A stretch of 64,000 bases of DNA. It comes from the human T2T-CHM13v2.0 reference genome, Homo sapiens. The notes beneath the pieces were generated by a model that saw only the letters and a list, made by a program, of their open reading frames with translations, had not been told where the DNA came from and searched no databases. The stretch lies in the NCBI RefSeq assembly GCF_009914755.1, contig NC_060926.1; one strand, given 5' to 3'. Shown here in pieces: positions 1 through 14,670 of this stretch. A program made the translations under genes and the position numbers. Within the stretch, counting starts at the first letter, position 1. The number at the start of each line of letters is the position of its first letter.

Positions 1-135
1 AATTTTTGTATTTTTAGTAGAGAGGGGGTTTCACCATGTTGGCCAGGCTGGTCTTGAACTCCTGACCTCAGGTGATTAGCCCACCTCAGCCTTCCAAAGT
101 GTTGGGATTACAGGTGTGAGCCGCCGCGCCCAGCC
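1..135 (-). mobile_element. Alu (partial, window edge)
   Basis: Antisense Alu left arm. Confidence 0.9.
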
Positions 136-1252
136 AAAAATGACAGTTCTTATTGTAAAAGATTACAAACAACAAAGCAAATTCCCCCTCACACGTCTTC
201 TCCTCAGTAATAATCACTACCCATAGTTAGATGTTCATTGTTTTAGTGTTTTAAATGGATTTATATACATATCCTCTACTTGTTATTAGCACAATTCTAA
301 TTGTATTTGTCGGAGTGACTTTAAAAATGTAAATCAGATCTTGTCACTCTTGAAGTATTATAGTGTTTTGTTAGATTTGGAATAAAAATCTGAGCTCCTT
401 ACACTACCCATGAGGTTTCTGCTTCCTTTTCCAAAGGACTTACCTAATCGCGCTTGTTTATTTTTGTTGTATAGCATCTTATTTCCTTTTTAGTACTGTC
501 TCGAAATTGTTTATTTCTGTACTTTATTATGTTATTTCACCCACACTCCATGAGGTTAGGGACATTGTCTGTCATGATGGTGATTATCTCTGGGATCTGT
601 CTACTGAATAAACAATGTGCAGGTTTTTATAACTGATCGGAAGAAGGTTGACCCTCAGTTATCACCTTTAAAAAATGGTCTTAGTTAGGCTTTCTCCCTT
701 TGTTCTTTTCCAGAAGAAACTTGGAGTCTGTCAAATTTCACAAAATACCCTGTTGAGATTTTGCTTGGCTTTGATAAGGGTGAATTCACAGATTAATTCG
801 GAAAAGAATTTACGTCTTTCTAATCAAATTGTTCCTTCCAGGGATTTGTGTTTATTTAGGTCTTCTAAAGTTAACCTAACTTGATTATTGTTTTTAAGCT
901 GTTTTTTAACATTATAAATGGGTCTGTTCTTCCCTCATACTTGCTTGTTGCTGAAGGACATAAAAGTTGTTGCTTACATACTTCCTTGTATTGAATCATG
1001 TGTTTTTGGGATACACTTCTTGGTTACAGTGCTATTCTTTTAAATTATCATAGGATTAATGTTTTTTTCTGCATGTATATCTTCATTAGTGATATTGGAG
1101 TTCTCATTGTTCAATTTTTGTATTATGGCAATAGTGACCTCTTAGAATGATTCAGAAAACTGTTCTTCACCAATTTATATAGTGTAAAAGGAATGCCATA
1201 TCTACAGTTGTATTCTTTTTTTCTTTCTCTCTTTTTCTTTCTTTTCTTTCTT

Positions 1253-1403
1253 TCTTGATGAGGTCTTGCTGTGTTGCCCAAGCTGGAGTATAGTGGCTAT
1301 TCACAGGCACCACGCACACTACAGCCTCCACCTCCTGGGTTCAAGCAGTCATCCTGCTTCAACCTCCCGAGTGGGTTGGACTACGTGATGCCAAGCCCAC
1401 CAA
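1253..1403 (-). mobile_element. FLAM/Alu monomer
   Basis: ggtcttgctgtgttgcccaagctggag...tggctattcacaggc. Confidence 0.7.
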
Positions 1404-1638
1404 CCTTTTTGTTCTGAAGTCTTCTCTTTTCTTGGTTGGACTTGGTAATTAAAGGCTTATCTAAGTCTACCAAGGAAAACAACATGTAGTTTTATTTTAT
1501 TGATCATTACTACACAGCTTTTTACTTTTCTTTGTCTTTACATACATTGAATGGTTTTGTTTTAAAGCTTTTTTCAAACATATGCATGTAAGACTTTGAT
1601 TACTGCCATCAGTGATCATATAGACTACTTTGATGCCT

Positions 1639-1935
1639 TTTTTTTTTTTTTTTGAGACCGAGTTTCACTCTTGTTGTCCAGGCTGGAGTGCAGTGGTGCG
1701 ATCTCGGCTCACTGCAACCTCTGCCTCCGGGTTCAAGTGATTCTCCTGCCTTAGCCTCCCTAGTAGCTGGGATTAAAGGCGTGTGCCACCACGCCTGGCT
1801 AATTTTGTATTTTTAGTAGAGACGGGGTTTCTCCATGTTGGCCAGGCTGGTCTTGAACTCCTGACCTCAGGTGATTCTGCCTGCCTTGGCCTCCCAAAGT
1901 GCTGGGATTACAGGTGTGAGCCACCACACCCAGCC
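1639..1935 (-). mobile_element. AluS
   Basis: Poly-T plus full antisense Alu; TSD tttgatg. Confidence 0.93.
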
Positions 1936-2381
1936 TTTGATGTCCCCCCCTTTTTTTTTTAATAGCACCAGGGAACTTGGAAGGGTGCTTTGTAATTTGA
2001 GAATTTTTTATGGATATGTGTTGCTATTTTATCATTAATTTTTTATTTTACTGTATTGTGATCAGAGAGGATCATCTAGGACTTCTAATTTTGGAATTCA
2101 TCCTGTGTTATAACTGTGATAATGTAGTTTTATAATTGTTTATTTATAAGACACTTGGGATCAGGTATCTCCCTGAGTATGAATTTGCTGTATATTAACA
2201 TGTTTATTAAATACTTTGATGCCATATTGTTATACATTAGAGATTAATGACTACTGATGTTTTCATTGTAATGTGTTCCTTGTTACTGCCTTTTTCTTAA
2301 ATTCTACTAGCTTGAAATTTATTACACCTTCTTGAAAATTTGTGTCAAATGTGTCTTTAAAAACACCATCCTGAGCAATAA

Positions 2382-2732
<351 letters not shown>

Positions 2733-2911
2733 TAATTTTCAAGAGGAATTTGATAGAGAATCTGTGATCCTAGTATTTCCAATCTCAGTTTATTGGTTGA
2801 TATGATGGCTTTTATGGGGATCTTAAAAGTGAATTATTTTTCTTAAATATTGAGGAAGAGAAAGTACAGTGTTTGACTCAGCAGTTAACTGAAAAAGATT
2901 TGTAATCATGT

Positions 2912-3260
2912 ATGGTCATGCGCCTCATAACAATGTGTCAGTCAACAACAGACCGCAAATCTAGTGCTACATATCCTAAGCAGAACGTTATAATACGGTA
3001 TTTTTACTGTGTCTTTTCGATGCTTAGATACACAAATACATACCATTTTGTTACAGTTGCCTAGAGTATTCAGTATAGTAACTACACACCTATACAGGTG
3101 CCTAGGCTATGTGTTTGTAGCTTAGGAACAACAGACTATATAGGTGTGTAGTAGGCTGTATCATCTAGGTTTGTGTGGGTACACTGTGTTCTCACAAGAT
3201 GAAATTGCCTGATGACCCATTTTTCACAGTGGATCTCTGTTAAGCCGTGGGTGGCTGCAC
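2912..3260. mobile_element. Tigger3/MER7-like DNA transposon remnant
   Basis: Ends resemble cagtcatgcg..cataac / ttaagc.....gactg; internal ctaggtttgtgt..gtacac. Confidence 0.6.
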
Positions 3261-3399
3261 TTAATGTACTGTAAGCTGTGGCATGTGTGTTACATAGGAT
3301 ATATGGGAGTAACAGTCTTATATTTTTTCATGTTGCTTACTTTTGTTGAATACTGTCCCAGTACTTGAATGTTTCTAACAGTGGTACTTTCTTCCCTAG

Positions 3400-3499
3400 A
3401 ATTTGTTGTTCGTGGATAGAATTATTTATATTATTACTGTAATGGTTGATTGCATTGACTTCTCACCATATAATATTAAATATCAGCCCAAAGTTAAAT
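3400..3499 (+). CDS. RIF1: RIF1 coding exon (~21), HEAT-repeat region: NLLFVDRIIYIITVMVDCIDFSPYNIKYQPKVK
   Basis: cttccctag|AAT...AAAT|gtaagt; 100 nt; the phase-1 end joins the CA at 6689 to give Ser. Confidence 0.92.
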
Positions 3500-5075
3500 G
3501 TAAGTATGTATTTTTTAACCTTTGTTTGTCCAGTATTTCATAAGCAGTACTGAACTTTGCCAGGGGAAGTCCTAATACCTTTGCCACCTCATTTTACTAA
3601 CTTTTGATCTTGTTTAACCATGTTAGTTACTATGCTAGGAGCTTTCATACATGTTCTCTCTCTTTTTTCTTTTTAATTTTCATATGCTCTGTATCATTCT
3701 CTTATCTCTATCACACAAAATTTCTTTACTCCTTTTTACAACGCAGAAAGATAAATACTATTCTAATTAGAGATTGCCTAATAGTACAAATGGTTTTACT
3801 CATTCCATCTGGTATGAAGGATTACCTGGACAAGAAACTTAGACATAACTTAAAATGTTTTTATTTGCAAGCCTGATTTAAAATAGTCATGGAATTGACA
3901 TTATAATTTAAAAGAAAACAATGGGATCAGTTAATTGGTTATTTTTTTCCAGAAATGTTACAAAGTTTAACTCATCGTTTACCTGAAACATGGTAATTAA
4001 ATGATTAAAATTGGACAATTGGGATCATAACAAGTTGCGTGATTTTTAAAACCATATGCCTTGGTTAGTTTTAAGTTATTTTGTAGCAAATAGTTTTTAA
4101 AATCTGTTAATTGATTCATTGAAGTCAGATATATCCACCTATGTTTATATGTTCCTACCATATAGGTAGTGATAATCTGTCATTAATGAAAAATGTTAGT
4201 TGATGTTGAGATATATTATTCTTGTTTAAAGATTAGGGACATAAAATTATCTAACAATAAGATTTGCCATTGATGAGTTTTCTAAAACATTCTTAGAATC
4301 TTTTTTGGTTTTTGAATTTTTACTAAGTAGCAATATGGAGTAACATGTTAAGCTCCTGAAGTATATTATAGGTCAGAGCATCCCGGCCTGAGTGCCGTGG
4401 AAATATAGGTTATAGATGTTCTTGACATACTGATCTTAGCTCTCCTCTTGGTCTGACCAGGACCTAATATGATTACCTCAGTGTGTCAGAAAAATAGGCT
4501 TATCTCTGAAAATCATAAGTTTACCAAGATTATATAACAGATGATGTCAGAAATTATAAGCCACTGAAGTTTCATAGAGCGAAGATGATCAGTCTCATTT
4601 TGACATAATTTTACCTATGTTGGTACTTCTGAAATTAGATTTAACCGAATATCCAATTCAGGAACCCACAGTTACAAATGTCTTTTCCACTCCGTGTCCA
4701 TGCAAAACAGAGCCAGAGTTCTCTTGCTGTAAAATTTGGGTAATGGGGAGATTTTTAAAAGAAGTTGAGAAGAGGAAACAATGTTAAGACTAACCGAAAG
4801 GAAATTGTTATTATCAGGATCACCTTGGGATTTTTTGGTGACTTACATTGTGATGATTTCAAATTTAGAGAAATACTGCAAGAGTTTATGTGGAAACTTC
4901 GTATTCCTTTACTCAGGTTTCTCAATTAATGGTTGATTGCATTTATCTTATCTGCTCCCCCCTCCCCCCAGAATATACATTTTATTCTTTTTCCCTTCTG
5001 AACCATTTTAAGGTATAGTTTTAGACAAGTTGACAACCTGGAACAGTTCCTCAGTCTTGTCTTTTATGTCTTTCA

Positions 5076-5411
<336 letters not shown>

Positions 5412-6688
5412 TTAGAGTCTCTCAATCTGGGATTACCATATTGCTTTAAGATTAGATTCAGGGTCCATTCATTACTGGAGTACCACAGAAATAATGCTGT
5501 AGTTCTTTTTCAATTCATTATTTTCCCATTACTGGTGATGTTAACACTTCCTGTTTGTTTGAGGATGGCATCTGCCAGGTTTTCCACTGTAAGGTTAATT
5601 ACTAAATACTTACTGTGGCACAATTATTGCTTGTTTCTCTAGATACACTTTCATTTACCATCTAATATCACATGGATTATGCTATTCATTCCTTTTCTGT
5701 ATTTTTCTCTACTGTCTCTAATAGTGAGAAACCTGGTTTTCATTACCCTCAATGTATTTACAACTTGATCATTCACTTGTATGTAACCAGTCTCCTGACA
5801 TAATGGCTGTCACCTCACCTCAGCATTCTGTCAGGGAATTTCTGGATATAGTTTTTCAGTGTACATAAATGTCTGAAAAATTGATTCCAAGGAGAAAGAT
5901 CAACTTCCTTTTAGTAGCAACACTTGTTTTTCATGTTACCATATGAGATTAATTTTAATTAAGCATTCGTTTTCTGTTAAATTTGAGATCTCATTCCTTA
6001 AAAGAATGGATTGATTGAGAGAAACAAGTAATTTTGGAATGGGTAAATTTTTTGGGCAAGGGCTATGTGGGTTTATTCTTCTAGGTAGATGTTTACAGAG
6101 GGATTATCTAAGGGTACAAAAAATCAGACAGTACTTTTAGGACAAATCTTTTTCTTTATATCTAGGAAATAGTAGACTTACTGCATTCTTTCTCAGCTTT
6201 GTATCTCGGACTTGTTCAATGTTATTTGTAGGGATCAATGTACTATAGATGAGCAAAAAAATGGTCCGTCATTCTTAGTGGAAATTTTTTGTTTTTAAAA
6301 CTAACTTTCAAAATTTAAATTTGGAACCTATCTTATGTAATTTGGTACTTTCTTGCATATTAGTTGTTGAAATTTTATGAAATGTAAAATTAAAGTTTGA
6401 GATGCATTTTATAATTCCTAAGAAAAAATGAACTTGTTTTTCTGGAATTCATATTCATGATCCGCCAAGTAGTTTTCGTCTCCCATTCTCATTTGTAAAG
6501 ATAATGTTCTAGTGATACTTATCCATTAATGGTACATTATGTTATGATTTGTTTGGGGTGTCAGTCAGCAAACGGACATGTATTTGATGTATCTAACATT
6601 TAAATGTGAGCTATAAATTGTAAAAGTGGACAGTGACTCCTATTTTCAATTTATTTGAGTTTTTAATTAATTCAGTTTTTGTTTTTAG

Positions 6689-6953
6689 CACCACAGAGAC
6701 CTTCAGATTGGTCCAAAAAGAAGAATGAGCCCCTAGGGAAATTGACTTCTTTATTTAAACTTATTGTGAAAGTGATCTATTCTTTCCACACACTGAGCTT
6801 CAAGGAAGCACATTCTGATACCCTCTTCACTATTGGCAACTCAATCACCAGCATTATTTCCAGTGTACTTGGGCATATTTCTTTGCCTTCTATGATCCGA
6901 AAAATATTTGCAACTTTAACAAGACCTCTGGCATTATTTTATGAAAACTCAAA
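6689..6953 (+). CDS. RIF1: RIF1 coding exon (~22): PQRPSDWSKKKNEPLGK...LFYENSK
   Basis: gtttttag|CA...AA|gtaagt; 265 nt; matches ORF 6679..6957. Confidence 0.95.
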
Positions 6954-7295
6954 GTAAGTATTTTGGACTAAGTAGCTTTGAATTAAATGTATACAATTTA
7001 AATATAGGTAGCAACTTTTATTTTTTAATCAGCTGTGTTGTAGATGGTAGTCTTGACAATTTTGTGGAGAGGATAATAAACTACACTTTTGTTGAAAAGA
7101 TAGTTAAAATAGTATAGAAATATGAGAGAGAAATTGGAAGTCTATTTTGCCTGTTACTTCCCTTTCCCTTTGCTTTTCAATGCTTACCTTTTCAGAATTG
7201 TTTATGCAAACAAGCATACCTATTAAATGCATGATAGATAGGAAAGCTTACTTGGCATGCTGTTTTGCAATTAATTATATGGTATGCACTTAATA

Positions 7296-7610
7296 CAGTT
7301 GGCTGTTTGTATCCATGGGTTCTGCATTCATGGATTCAACCAACCCTGGATCGAAACTATTTAGAAAAATTAATAAAATGAATGCAAATAAATACAATAT
7401 GACAATTATTTACATTGTATTAGATATTATAAGGAATCTAGAGATGATTTAAAACATGGGAGGATGTGTGTAGGTTACATGCAAATACAATTTGTTTTAT
7501 ATTAGAGTGTTGAGCATCCATGGATTTTGGTATCTTGGCAGGAGGGTGGTCCTGGAATTAGCCGCCACCATGCCCAGCTAATACCCCATGGATACTGAGG
7601 GATTTCTGTC
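7296..7610. mobile_element. MER2 (Tigger family) remnant
   Basis: gtatccatgggttctgcattcatggattcaaccaacc ... cccatggatactgaggga. Confidence 0.75.
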
Positions 7611-8369
7611 CTTGTACCATATACATGAGAATCTCATTTTTAAAAATGTCTACATGTGATTCTGTTAAACTTTTTACCCAATTTCTGATTGGTGGACATA
7701 CATGTTTTTCTAGTGTTCTCCCTCATAACAATTGAACATTATTTATACGTAAATCATTGCCCACATTTGCCACTATTTCTGGGTATACACATTTATGTGT
7801 CTGAATTGGTCTCCAAAAAATTGAATTAATTTTGCATCACCCTTTATTTGAATCGAAGCAAGCAGTGCTTTAAAACCTGAAAGAAAAAAAAAGCCTCAGT
7901 AACAAACTCGTACAAGCATTTTGAAAGGATTCATGAATATTCTTTATAGCAAGCTTGTGTGGTTCATTCAGAAGACAGTTTATCTTTCATAAATTAACAA
8001 AGTTTTAGGAACAGATTTTATAAAGTACGATACAACCTCCAAATCCATGAACTTTTCTTTGCAAATCTTTAAGTCTATATTTCATCAAAAGTAATGCCTA
8101 AAAGAAATGTACAGAAACAAGCAGTTAATATGATTATTACTTTGAGGTTTATTGTAGATATTTTCTGTGATTCATTTTTCAAAGATGGGATGGTTTTATG
8201 CTTAATATTTAGTATTTGAGTTTTTTACTTGTTAAGTCTTTGGGCACCTTTTTATATCATCAATTTATATTTATTATGTCTTTATTACCTTTTTCTTAGG
8301 ATTAGCTTGATAGATAGTACAGTGTTAACTTGCAGAAATATAAATGGTATTCTATTTTATCCTTCCTAG

Positions 8370-8412
8370 GCTTGATGAAGTTCCTAAAGTATATAGTTGT
8401 CTGAACAACAAG
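8370..8412 (+). CDS. RIF1: RIF1 coding exon (~23): LDEVPKVYSCLNNK
   Basis: ccttcctag|G...AAG|gtaaaa; 43 nt; frame continuous with neighbouring exons. Confidence 0.93.
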
Positions 8413-8507
8413 GTAAAAATAGACAATTCTCCATAAACCATACTTTCATGATGAGAAAATGATAGAGTTTAGATAATTTTCTTAAACATAATTCTGCTGA
8501 TTTTTAA

Positions 8508-8825
<318 letters not shown>

Positions 8826-8929
8826 TGTTCTTCATTTTTAATGGACATTTAATAACACCATATGAACACATTTATAGGGTTTTTTTTTTTTTAAGGATTT
8901 AATACTTTAAATTCATGTTAAGTAATGAA

Positions 8930-9214
8930 CTTTTTTTTGGAGACAAAATCTCACCTAGCTGGGAGTGCAGTGGCACGATCACGGCTTACCACACCCCTGC
9001 CCTCCTGGGCTCAAGGTGATTCTCCCACCATAGCCTCCCAAGTAGCTAGGACTACAGGCATACACCACCACTCCTGGCTAATTTTTGTATTTTTTGTAGA
9101 GGCGGGGTTTTGCCATGTTGCTCAGGCTCGTCTCAAATTCCTGAGCTCAAGCAGTCTGCCCGCTTTGGCTTCCCAAAGTGCTGGGATTACAGGCGTGAAC
9201 CACTGAGCCCAGCC
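8930..9214 (-). mobile_element. AluJ
   Basis: Antisense Alu with cctgggctcaag. Confidence 0.88.
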
Positions 9215-9552
9215 TAGTTAATCAACTCTTAGCTCATCCCTTTGTATATGATGGCGATTGGACCCAAAGTTTTCTAGGTGAACGTATGTAGGTAACTATT
9301 TATCTTGTTATAATTATTACAAAAACATAATTTCTTTTGTTAATAGAAAATAAGTTCAAAATTGAACTGTAATATTAATAACCAAAGCAAATTCACCTGA
9401 TAATTTGTCGAGTTATAAAGAGGGATATATATTTAAGGCAACAGTGGGGGTTAGTTTAAAATTGTCTTAATTTTAAAAATTGAAATAGCAACATATATTC
9501 TGTGAGTTAATATTTAGTATATGTTTTGCTTTTATTTTTTCGTTTTTCCTAG

Positions 9553-9755
9553 TTAGAAAAGCTACTGGGAGAAATTATTGCTTGTCTGCAATTCAGCTAC
9601 ACCGGAACTTATGATAGTGAACTTCTTGAACAACTCTCCCCACTATTATGCATAATATTTCTGCACAAGAATAAACAGATTCGAAAACAGAGTGCTCAGT
9701 TCTGGAATGCCACTTTTGCCAAAGTGATGATGTTGGTTTATCCTGAAGAGTTAAA
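9553..9755 (+). CDS. RIF1: RIF1 coding exon (~24): LEKLLGEIIACLQF...VYPEELK
   Basis: tttcctag|TTA...AA|gtatg; 203 nt open frame. Confidence 0.94.
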
Positions 9756-9990
9756 GTATGCTAACAACAAAACTTATATACAACTAACTATTCTGTTGTG
9801 ATCATATAAATTGATACTTTGATTCAAAATAATCTTTTCTTATGGGGTATTGTTACAGAGGATTCCTTAGTTGAAATATTACCATTTGGAATACATGATA
9901 ATTATTAAACATTATTTCACCTTTTCATTGGTGCTTAGAATAATCTTGATTTCAGGAGCCAAGAAAAGCAGTTTAAATTATCCTTAATAA

Positions 9991-10326
<336 letters not shown>

Positions 10327-10604
10327 GGATAATTATTAAAGCTAGACATGAATACTTTATATAATATTCTACTTCTTATTGGAATTTTCCATGATAAAAA
10401 TTTGGAATTCAGAAAAGTACAGGGAAAAATATAAAAATTGCCTAATTTTTCTCAGTTTTATATACACATAGTAAGGAACAGTCTTTATTTAAAAATAAAG
10501 ATGTATTTTGCTGCTCTAAAAATTAAAGTGCTGTTGTTAACAGATCATCAGTGTTCACCAGTACTACTTGACTTAAGGTATATATTTTATGTACTTTTTT
10601 AAAG

Positions 10605-10704
10605 ACCAGTACTAACACAAGCCAAACAAAAATTTCTGCTCCTGTTGCCTGGTTTGGAAACTGTTGAAATGATGGAGGAATCCAGTGGACCATATTCTGA
10701 TGGA
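10605..10704 (+). CDS. RIF1: RIF1 coding exon (~25): PVLTQAKQKFLLLLPGLETVEMMEESSGPYSDG
   Basis: ttttttaaag|A...GGA|gtaagt; 100 nt. Confidence 0.93.
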
Positions 10705-11793
10705 GTAAGTTGGGGGGTTTTATTGTTCATTTGTTTTTGGACATTTAAGTTATTTGTTGAAAGTTATAAATAAGTAGAACCTGAACAGAAAAGAGTTTTG
10801 TAACATAGGCTTTTTCCACATTGTCAGTTGTGTGGCCTGAAATTTCTTTTGTGATTTTTCACTAGAGATTCTCATGTAAATAATCTCTAATTCTTGTCAT
10901 TAATCATTTGTTTTGAACTCGGGTACCTCATCTGTGCTGTTCACAAAGAGTAAAATACATAATTGTTGCTTTGGAAAAACTGGAAATAATGGTTACTAAG
11001 CCATATCTAAGCCAGAGCTGCTGTTCATTTTCTTATTTTTAAAAAATTGATTTTCTCAATTCTTCTATCAGGAAAATAAATCTTTGCTGTCACATCGCAT
11101 TAGGAGCAAAGTTTCTTTGGCTAATAATATTTGATTACTGCCTGAAGATATAGTAGTTAAAGGCACGGGTACTATAGACTTGTGAGCTAGAGTGTTCTTA
11201 GAAAACCTTTTTCTATTCAGGAGCAGCTAGGGTATAGCTAATTTTGTTTAGAATCTTTGGGAGAAAAAAGACTGTTATAGCCAACTAAGTATCTCATTTG
11301 CTTTTGGCTGAAGTAAAAATTTTCCACTAGATAACTAACAGACTTGTGAAAGAGTTCAGTGGAATGTGGTCTGTAAAAGCTATATATTCTGTTGAGGGGA
11401 AATATGCTCTGTCATACATGCTTTATTAACCCTCAGTTGTTTAATGTTTAAAGTTCTATGGCTTTGAATATTCTCTTAGAAATATTTTCAGTTACAGGTA
11501 GAGTGTTTGAATGTAGTAATTTAATTCACTTTATGTGTTTATGTGACATGTCTCATTTTCAGAATTCATAAAATTGAATGGTATTAAACAGCTACTATTA
11601 AAGAGACACCAAAGCCATTTGCTGTTGAATTAGACAGTGGCTTTCCTTTCTTTGATTTTTATGGGATTGAATAATTAGAAAAATTTTGACAATATTTGCA
11701 ATTACTATTTATTAGGAATTTTCAAAACGTGAAAAGGAAAAGCAAAATATTACCGTTCTATTTAATGAAATTGTTTCATTTTTAATAAAACAG

Positions 11794-11913
11794 ACAGAAA
11801 ATTCACAACTAAATGTGAAGATAAGTGGCATGGAGAGAAAATCAAATGGAAAAAGAGATTCATTTTTGGCACAAACAAAGAATAAAAAAGAAAATATGAA
11901 ACCAGCAGCCAAA
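11794..11913 (+). CDS. RIF1: RIF1 coding exon (~26): TENSQLNVKISGMERK...KPAAK
   Basis: aaacag|ACA...AAA|gtatgt; 120 nt, phase 0-0. Confidence 0.92.
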
Positions 11914-12922
11914 GTATGTTTTCAAAAGTTTAATCAAAAATTTTAAGATAAAGTATATTGTAACTTACATACAACTTTAAAAATTGGATGAAAGAACTAT
12001 AAAAGACTAAATAAAGGTTGGGATTGCAGGGGAATTGAGGGCATTTGATGTAGAAAGACTGCTAGGATAGCATGGTAACCCAGAAGCCTTGGGTGATGAT
12101 TCCTGTTTAGGAAAGGTAAGTTTCTGTGTAATGCTTAGCAACTGTTACATGTAGTTATTCCAGGCAGCAGCCCCCTTGAGATGGAATGAGACTAGTTATG
12201 AATGACTAACATAGGTAGCACAAGAGAAAATATTTTAGAACTTTTGTTTAGGATTATTGTTATTTTAGAACTTAATATTTTGAATAGAAATAAATAATGC
12301 CTAGATAAGACACCTATGTTAAGCTCATGCTAGTTGCCAGTTAACTTGACTTTTAGACAACAGTTCTCTCTTCCATGACCTCCAGTAAAGGTTATTCTAG
12401 AATCTTGAGACCATGGCCCTGGTGAAATGAAAGAAAAGTGTTATTTTTTAAGAATACCTCTGCCACATTCTTGTAGCAACTATAAATAGAATTAAAGCAA
12501 TGGTTCCAATGAACATTTATTAAGATAATATTGTAGTACCAAAGTTACTTGTATGTAGGGCATTTTGTATTGGCGACTTTCACTAAGTCATGCCTCAACT
12601 TGAGAGCTGCAAATATACTCTCCTCCTGCCAAATCAGTTCATTTCCATGTGTTAGCCTGACAGACGGTTTTGTCCATACTTTGTAGTTAAGCACAGACTT
12701 CCCTACTTCGTAAAGAGGTTTAATACTGTCTACTTTCTTAGTATTTATTAGAGGCAGAAAGAAAGTGGGGAACATTGTACTAATTTGTTACGGATCATGA
12801 GCATCATCAACTTTCATAATCACTATTGAAAAATGGTGTCATTATTAGAGGAGAGTGATAGAAATATTGGAAAATAATTTGGAAGCTAAAATGTACATTT
12901 GCTTATTTTTTCAAATCTGCAG

Positions 12923-13074
12923 CTGAAACTTGAATCTTCGTCTTTAAAAGTAAAGGGTGAAATTCTTTTGGAAGAGGAAAAGTCTACTGACTTTGTGTTT
13001 ATACCTCCAGAAGGAAAAGATGCAAAGGAAAGAATATTAACTGATCATCAAAAAGAAGTTCTCAAAACAAAGCG
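12923..13074 (+). CDS. RIF1: RIF1 coding exon (~27): LKLESSSLKVKG...EVLKTKR
   Basis: tctgcag|CTG...CG|gtttgt; 152 nt; ORF 12899..13096. Confidence 0.93.
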
Positions 13075-13162
13075 GTTTGTAGGCCTTTTATCTTGAGTTG
13101 GGTATTTGGTATTCAGGCTTAGATTTCATGCAAGAAAAGTGTAACTTTGTGTTTAGAACTAA

Positions 13163-13476
<314 letters not shown>

Positions 13477-13641
13477 ACGTGTACTAAATTTTAATGCGAA
13501 AAGTTATACTTTACATAAATGCATTTCATAATGTATAAAGCTACCTAGTAATGTACCAAATATTTATAAACTGAATTTCTTCTCTGAGGTGGGAAATACG
13601 CATTTAGGTCATGATTTTATAACAATTTAGTAGAACTGTAA

Positions 13642-13958
<317 letters not shown>

Positions 13959-14026
13959 TAAGTTTAATTTCTAATTGTAAGAATATCATCCGGTTTTTGA
14001 AGTTACTTATATATAGTTTTTTTCAG

Positions 14027-14107
14027 GTGTGATATTCCTGCCATGTATAATAATCTGGATGTTTCCCAAGATACCTTATTTACTCAGTATAGTCAGGAAG
14101 AGCCTAT
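14027..14107 (+). CDS. RIF1: RIF1 coding exon (~28): [27 protein letters not shown]
   Basis: ttttcag|G...AT|gtaagt; 81 nt. Confidence 0.93.
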
Positions 14108-14196
14108 GTAAGTACAGAAGCCATCAAACTTTTATATCTGTTTTATTCATTTTCAAATAATTATAAAAATAATATTCTTACTAATATTTATTTCAG

Positions 14197-14251
14197 GGAA
14201 ATTCCTACTTTAACCAGAAAACCAAAGGAGGATTCTAAGATGATGATTACG
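14197..14251 (+). CDS. RIF1: RIF1 coding exon (~29): EIPTLTRKPKEDSKMMIT
   Basis: tttcag|G...ACG|gtatgt; 55 nt after an 89-nt intron. Confidence 0.93.
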
Positions 14252-14433
14252 GTATGTTTGACATTTCATATTTTGGGCTTTTTAGAATCACCCTTCCATT
14301 ATACAGTCTGTTAAACTGCTGAAATGTCTGTAGGTCTTCCCTTTATTAATTTTAAAATTTATTGTAGATTTATTGTATGATTTCCTTTTAACTCCCATTC
14401 AGATACTAGCAGAATATCAGCAGACACTAGTCA

Positions 14434-14455
14434 GTGTGTGTGTGTGTGTGTGTGT
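14434..14455. repeat. (TG)n microsatellite
   Basis: ~11 TG units. Confidence 0.9.
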
Positions 14456-14670
14456 ATAAAATAAATGTACTTGGCTTTTCTTGAATATTTACAATTAGGA
14501 ACACAAACTGTTAGGTATCTACCACTAACTTTGGAATAGTTGCCATATATTGAATGTCAGTGATTATCTTTGGGTTACCGAAGTTTTACACTAAAGTTTT
14601 CCCAGAAAGTCAAACTCGTTTGCTGGTTATTAATCTGTGTGTGTATATATATGTATATATTTCTGTGCAG

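Noticed and set aside
7561-7582. Perfect Kozak GCCGCCACCATG in a ~22-nt Alu-like snippet inside MER2
   Set aside because: The ORF is ATG CCC AGC TAA, it is intronic, and the sequence matches the antisense Alu consensus.
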